This document shows, piece by piece, positions 60,315 to 64,000 of a stretch of 64,000 nucleotides of DNA. The stretch's first letter is position 1. The number at the start of each line of letters is the position of its first letter. This stretch comes from Trueperaceae bacterium (GTDB lineage Bacteria > Deinococcota > Deinococci > Deinococcales > Trueperaceae), in the NCBI GenBank assembly GCA_965213705.1, contig OZ243913.1, positions 3,488,001 to 3,552,000 on the forward strand, in the 5' to 3' direction. The translations under genes and the position numbers were made by a program. Below the pieces are notes generated by a model, which saw only the letters and a list, made by a program, of their open reading frames with translations, did no database searches and was not told the origin of the DNA.

Positions 60315-61847
60315 ATGAGTGACACCCCCTTTTTAAAGCGGCTCAGCACACGCTTCGGCCTGCTGATTCTCGTCATCGTGATGGTGCTCGCCGGAGCGAC
60401 GGCGATTTTGCTGAACCGCGGCTTCAACCAGCTCAACGTCAACACCGTCGAACAGCTCAGGCAGTTCAACGTCGAGCCGACGGCTCCCTTGAGCGACATC
60501 ATCCGCAGTACGGTCGTAAACCTCATCGCGGTATTTTTGCTCACCCTCGTCGGGGCAACCCTGTTCAGCCGCAGCCTCGTCACCGAACCCATCACCTCGC
60601 TCGTCAAAGCGACGCAAGAAGTTGCGGCGGGCAACCTGGGTGTGACCCTGCCGGTCACGTCGCGTAGCGAGTTGGGGGTGTTGGCGAGTTCGTTCAACAC
60701 CATGTCGACGAGCTTGGCCGAGCGTACCCAGGAACTTTTGGAGGTCAACCGGGCCCTGCGTGAGAGCGAAGTTCGGTTGGAAGCGCGCGTGGCCGAGCGC
60801 ACCAGCGAACTTTTGGCGCTCTTAGAACTGTCCAACAGCATCGCGCTGACCCTGGACGACCTGCCGCTCATCGAAGAGATTTTGGCCGAACTCCACGACA
60901 TCACCCCGTACCGGGCGGCGGCGGTGTTCGAGCGCCTGGGCGACAGCACCTTTCAGCAAGTCGTAAGCGCGGGAAACTTCTCGCGGGTGGACGAAATCAG
61001 GCTGCTCGAGGCCGTAACGAGCAAAAACAGCTTGAGTTTGCGAGTTGACGGCGCGGCCCAACTCGTTTTTCCGCTCATGGTCCGCGACAAGGCGGTGGGG
61101 GCGCTGCTGTTGGAACTCGGCAGCGACGCGCCGCTGGACGAGCGCAAACTACGTCTCATCACGGCGTTCGCCAACCAAGCGGGCGTCGCGCTGGAAAACA
61201 TCAGCTTGTACCGGCAAGTCCAAGAGACGGCCGCGTTCGAGGAGCGGCAACACCTGGCGCGCGAGCTTCACGACTCGGTGTCGCAGGCGCTTTACAGCAT
61301 CGTGTTGGGCACCTACGCGGCGCAAAAACAGCTCGAGACCGAGCCCAAAAAAGCCGCGCAGGCCCTTGGGTACGTGCAAAACCTGGCCGAGGCGGGTCTC
61401 GCCGAGATGCGCGCCCTCATTTTTGAGCTGCGCCCCGAAGTGTTGGAGCAAGAAGGGCTTGCCGCCGCGTTGCGCAAACAAGCCGAAGCCCTGGAGGTGC
61501 GCCACGGTCTCAGCACCGAGTTCGAAACGCGTGGGGACGTGACCCCCTTTACGCTGCCTTTCGCCACCAAACAAGCCTTTTACCGCATCGCTCAAGAAGC
61601 CCTGCACAACGTCGTCAAACACGCAGCGGCAACCCACGTCGCCATGTATTTGACCCACACCGACACCTGCATCGAGCTGAAAATTACCGACAACGGCGCA
61701 GGTTTCGAGACCGACCGCGAGTTTCCGGGGCACTTGGGCCTCAAGTCCATGCGCGAACGCAGCTTGTCGCTGGGCGGCACTTTCAAGGTGGAAAGTGTCC
61801 CCGACCAGGGCACGACCCTGACCATCGAGGTGCCCAAACGTGCCTGA
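60315..61847 (+). CDS. Sensor histidine kinase (TM-HAMP-GAF-HisKA_3-HATPase)
   Basis: ERQHLARELHDSVSQ, QEALHNVVKHA, DNGAGF and GLKSMRER motifs. Confidence 0.95.
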   Translation: MSDTPFLKRLSTRFGLLILVIVMVLAGATAILLNRGFNQLNVNTVEQLRQFNVEPTAPLSDIIRSTVVNLIAVFLLTLVGATLFSRSLVTEPITSLVKATQEVAAGNLGVTLPVTSRSELGVLASSFNTMSTSLAERTQELLEVNRALRESEVRLEARVAERTSELLALLELSNSIALTLDDLPLIEEILAELHDITPYRAAAVFERLGDSTFQQVVSAGNFSRVDEIRLLEAVTSKNSLSLRVDGAAQLVFPLMVRDKAVGALLLELGSDAPLDERKLRLITAFANQAGVALENISLYRQVQETAAFEERQHLARELHDSVSQALYSIVLGTYAAQKQLETEPKKAAQALGYVQNLAEAGLAEMRALIFELRPEVLEQEGLAAALRKQAEALEVRHGLSTEFETRGDVTPFTLPFATKQAFYRIAQEALHNVVKHAAATHVAMYLTHTDTCIELKITDNGAGFETDREFPGHLGLKSMRERSLSLGGTFKVESVPDQGTTLTIEVPKRA

Positions 61848-61871
61848 GGCAGCTAGGGTTGGGGGCGGGGG

Positions 61872-62477
61872 ATGAAGAGTCCTCGAGCCAGAACCGTCGC
61901 TTACTTGTTGCTGGGAGCGGGGGTGTTTCTGTTCCTCGTCAACACGGGCGTTTTCGGGGCGCTGCCCGCGTTCTTGTGGCTGACCCTGCTTTTGGGGGTC
62001 GGTGCGGCGTTCTGGCTGGGCTCGTTCGGGGCGCTGTCCTTGTGGCAGCGCGTGGCGGGTTTTACCGGCATCGGCGTGTTCGCCGTCGTCACTTCGGGGA
62101 GCTTTGCGGGCGTCGCCGCGCTCGGCTTTCCGGCGCTGGGTTTCGGCCTCGTGTACTTGCTCGATTCCAGGCGCTGGTGGGCGCTGCTCCCGGCCGGCTT
62201 GGTCGGCAGCGTCGCCCTGCTCGCCGGTTTGGACGCGCTGTTTCCCCGTTGGGACACGACACCCATCCTCTTTTTGGGCTTCGCCGCGACCTTCAGCCTG
62301 CTTTACCTGCTGTCGCCACGGCGCGGCGGCAAGCGCTGGGCGCTGTTCCCGGCCATAGGCTTTATCGTGTTGACGGTCCTCAGCAACGACCCGAGCGGCG
62401 GCACACCGGGCTGGTTCGTTCCGCTGCTGTTCGTCGGCGGCGGTTGGTGGCTGCTGTGGTGGTGGCGCAAGCGCTGA
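61872..62477 (+). CDS. Multi-pass membrane protein downstream of the two-component pair
   Basis: Almost entirely hydrophobic with repeated WALxP motifs; 24 bp after the kinase. Confidence 0.8.
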   Translation: MKSPRARTVAYLLLGAGVFLFLVNTGVFGALPAFLWLTLLLGVGAAFWLGSFGALSLWQRVAGFTGIGVFAVVTSGSFAGVAALGFPALGFGLVYLLDSRRWWALLPAGLVGSVALLAGLDALFPRWDTTPILFLGFAATFSLLYLLSPRRGGKRWALFPAIGFIVLTVLSNDPSGGTPGWFVPLLFVGGGWWLLWWWRKR

Positions 62478-62567
62478 ACTTTGAATATGGGAATGAACTG
62501 TCAGTCGGGAGACAGGGGTTGAAAACTACTTCTGCTTACAAACTCTTCGGTTTGAGTTACCAAAGTC

Positions 62568-63356
62568 TCAGCGGGCGCGCGCGACCTCTAGGACAGCGCG
62601 GGTTTCCGCAACGGTCAGGGTTCCTTGCCAGACGAAGCCGTTGTGCTCAACGGTCACTGCGGCGCGGAGCCCGTCGGTCATCTGCTCAGACTTTTCGACC
62701 TGCCACTGTTGAGTTGTAAGCTGGCGAGCGAGGTCGCCGAAGATGTTTTGGGGAGCCAAGCCGGTGTCAAAGCGCGCGGTCACGACGAAGCCGTCACCGC
62801 CACCACTCATACCGCTGCCGCCCAAATTCACGCCCTGCGGCAGGATGAGGTTTGGCAGCGGTAAACCCATGTCCTGGTCGTTACGGCAAAAGTCGTAAAG
62901 TCTGACGATGACCAAACTGGTGCGGCTCGACAAGCGACTCGGCTCGAGCGAAGCGCTTTGCGTTCCGTCGGGGCTACAGTATTCGTTTAGAACCCTGTCC
63001 CTATTTTGACCAGCTACTGCAAAGACGGTCGGCCCGTAGGTGTCATAGCCGCGCCAACCGTTCGCGCTCAGGGTCTCCCCCACCCGGCGGGTGCTGTCGT
63101 CAAACCAGTTGGGGCCGTCCACATCAACCTCGAGCACAATTTCTGCCTGCTCCGAGCCGATGGTGACGCTGCCCTGCAAGCGAGCGTCGTCCGGTAAAGG
63201 TAATGTCACGTCGGGCGGTAGAACGTTGGGGTAAAAGGTGACCGCGTCGCCCTCGCCGATAAGAAGTTCGGCAAGGCGGAGTGGGTCGGTCGGTACGGCA
63301 TCCTGAGCCACCGCGACAGGCAGACAGAGTAAGGCTGCAAACAAAAGTCGGCGCAT
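62568..63356 (-). CDS. Secreted hypothetical protein
   Basis: Signal peptide MRRLLFAALLCLPVAVAQ; purine-rich RBS upstream. Confidence 0.75.
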   Translation of the reverse strand: MRRLLFAALLCLPVAVAQDAVPTDPLRLAELLIGEGDAVTFYPNVLPPDVTLPLPDDARLQGSVTIGSEQAEIVLEVDVDGPNWFDDSTRRVGETLSANGWRGYDTYGPTVFAVAGQNRDRVLNEYCSPDGTQSASLEPSRLSSRTSLVIVRLYDFCRNDQDMGLPLPNLILPQGVNLGGSGMSGGGDGFVVTARFDTGLAPQNIFGDLARQLTTQQWQVEKSEQMTDGLRAAVTVEHNGFVWQGTLTVAETRAVLEVARAR

Positions 63357-63442
63357 CTTAATTCTCCCTCTTTTACTCAGTATATTTGACAGAGTACAAA
63401 ACGCTCTGCGAGCCCTGGGTAAAGGCCTGACTCGAGCCACGC

Positions 63443-63472
63443 TTGCCTAACGAGCGTTCGTTAGGTTATAAT
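63443..63472 (+). promoter_or_regulatory. Promoter TTGCCT-18-TATAAT with embedded palindromic TetR operator
   Basis: CCTAACGA-GCGT-TCGTTAGG (63446-63465) overlaps the -35 box and spacer. Confidence 0.8.
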
Positions 63473-63482
63473 GTAAACAGTT

Positions 63483-64000
63483 ATGAATCAAGTTTTAGAC
63501 CGACGCCGACAAATCCTCGCCACCGCGGGCGACCTGTTTCGCGAGCACGGCTACCACGCCACCTCGATTCGGGACATCGCCAAAAGCCTCGACATGCGCG
63601 GCAGCAGCTTGTACGCGCACGTCGACTCTAAAGAACAGATGTTGCTCGAGATTGTCACCGAGGCGGCTGATGCGTTCTTGCAAGGAGCGGAGCAAGTCGA
63701 CAAAAAAGACCCTGCGGCGAGGCTCCGCGCGCTCATCCGCGCTCACTTAGCGGTCGTCGTCGACGAACTGCCCAACGCGACCGTGTTTTTTCACGAATGG
63801 CGCTTTTTGTCGGATTCTTCGAAAGCCGCCATCATCGAGCGGCGCGACGCTTACGAGCGCTACTTTCGTGACACGGTTCGCCAAGGGGTCGAACAAGGTG
63901 TTTTCGAGGTCGACGACGTAAAAACGGCGACGCTGTTCGTCTTGAGCGCGCTCAACTGGAGCTACCAGTGGTTCAGTGCGGCGGGCACACTGAGTTTGGA
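63483..64000 (+). CDS. TetR family regulator (PaaR/KstR2-like), 3' end outside the window
   Basis: MNQVLDRRRQILATAGDLFREHGYHATSIRDIA..GSSLYAHVDSKEQML; SALNWSYQWF near the window end. Confidence 0.93.
   Translation, partial: MNQVLDRRRQILATAGDLFREHGYHATSIRDIAKSLDMRGSSLYAHVDSKEQMLLEIVTEAADAFLQGAEQVDKKDPAARLRALIRAHLAVVVDELPNATVFFHEWRFLSDSSKAAIIERRDAYERYFRDTVRQGVEQGVFEVDDVKTATLFVLSALNWSYQWFSAAGTLSL

Overview
A GC-rich bacterial chromosomal segment. The long lineage-specific insertion in RpoB/RpoC-cluster RpoC, the tRNA-tuf-rpmG-secE-nusG-rplKAJL-rpoBC order, the DUF4384/PEGA protein and frequent leaderless starts point to Deinococcota (Truepera-like); this assignment is inference. Core genes are pheST, secDF, rimP-nusA-ylxR-infB, carD, rpoBC, the ribosomal/tuf cluster with 4 tRNAs, gatC, ilvE, ribH, zwf and glcDEF. 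Accessory content includes a sugar ABC transporter, a GH1 glycosidase, Hsp20, a two-component system, a PaaR-like TetR and one complete IS630 with a -1 frameshift. The most striking item is a single 666-aa ORF (37463-39463) fusing a membrane-anchored GGEEF diguanylate cyclase to a class I terpene synthase with all catalytic motifs present. Other leads are a candidate arrest peptide upstream of secDF, leaderless uORF/terminator leaders before pheS and a class V aminotransferase, an RHH plus membrane-protein pair splitting glcE from glcF, three dispersed palindromic repeat families, and apparent CTCGAG enrichment with GATC depletion. All calls were made by eye from sequence motifs; no database searches were run.
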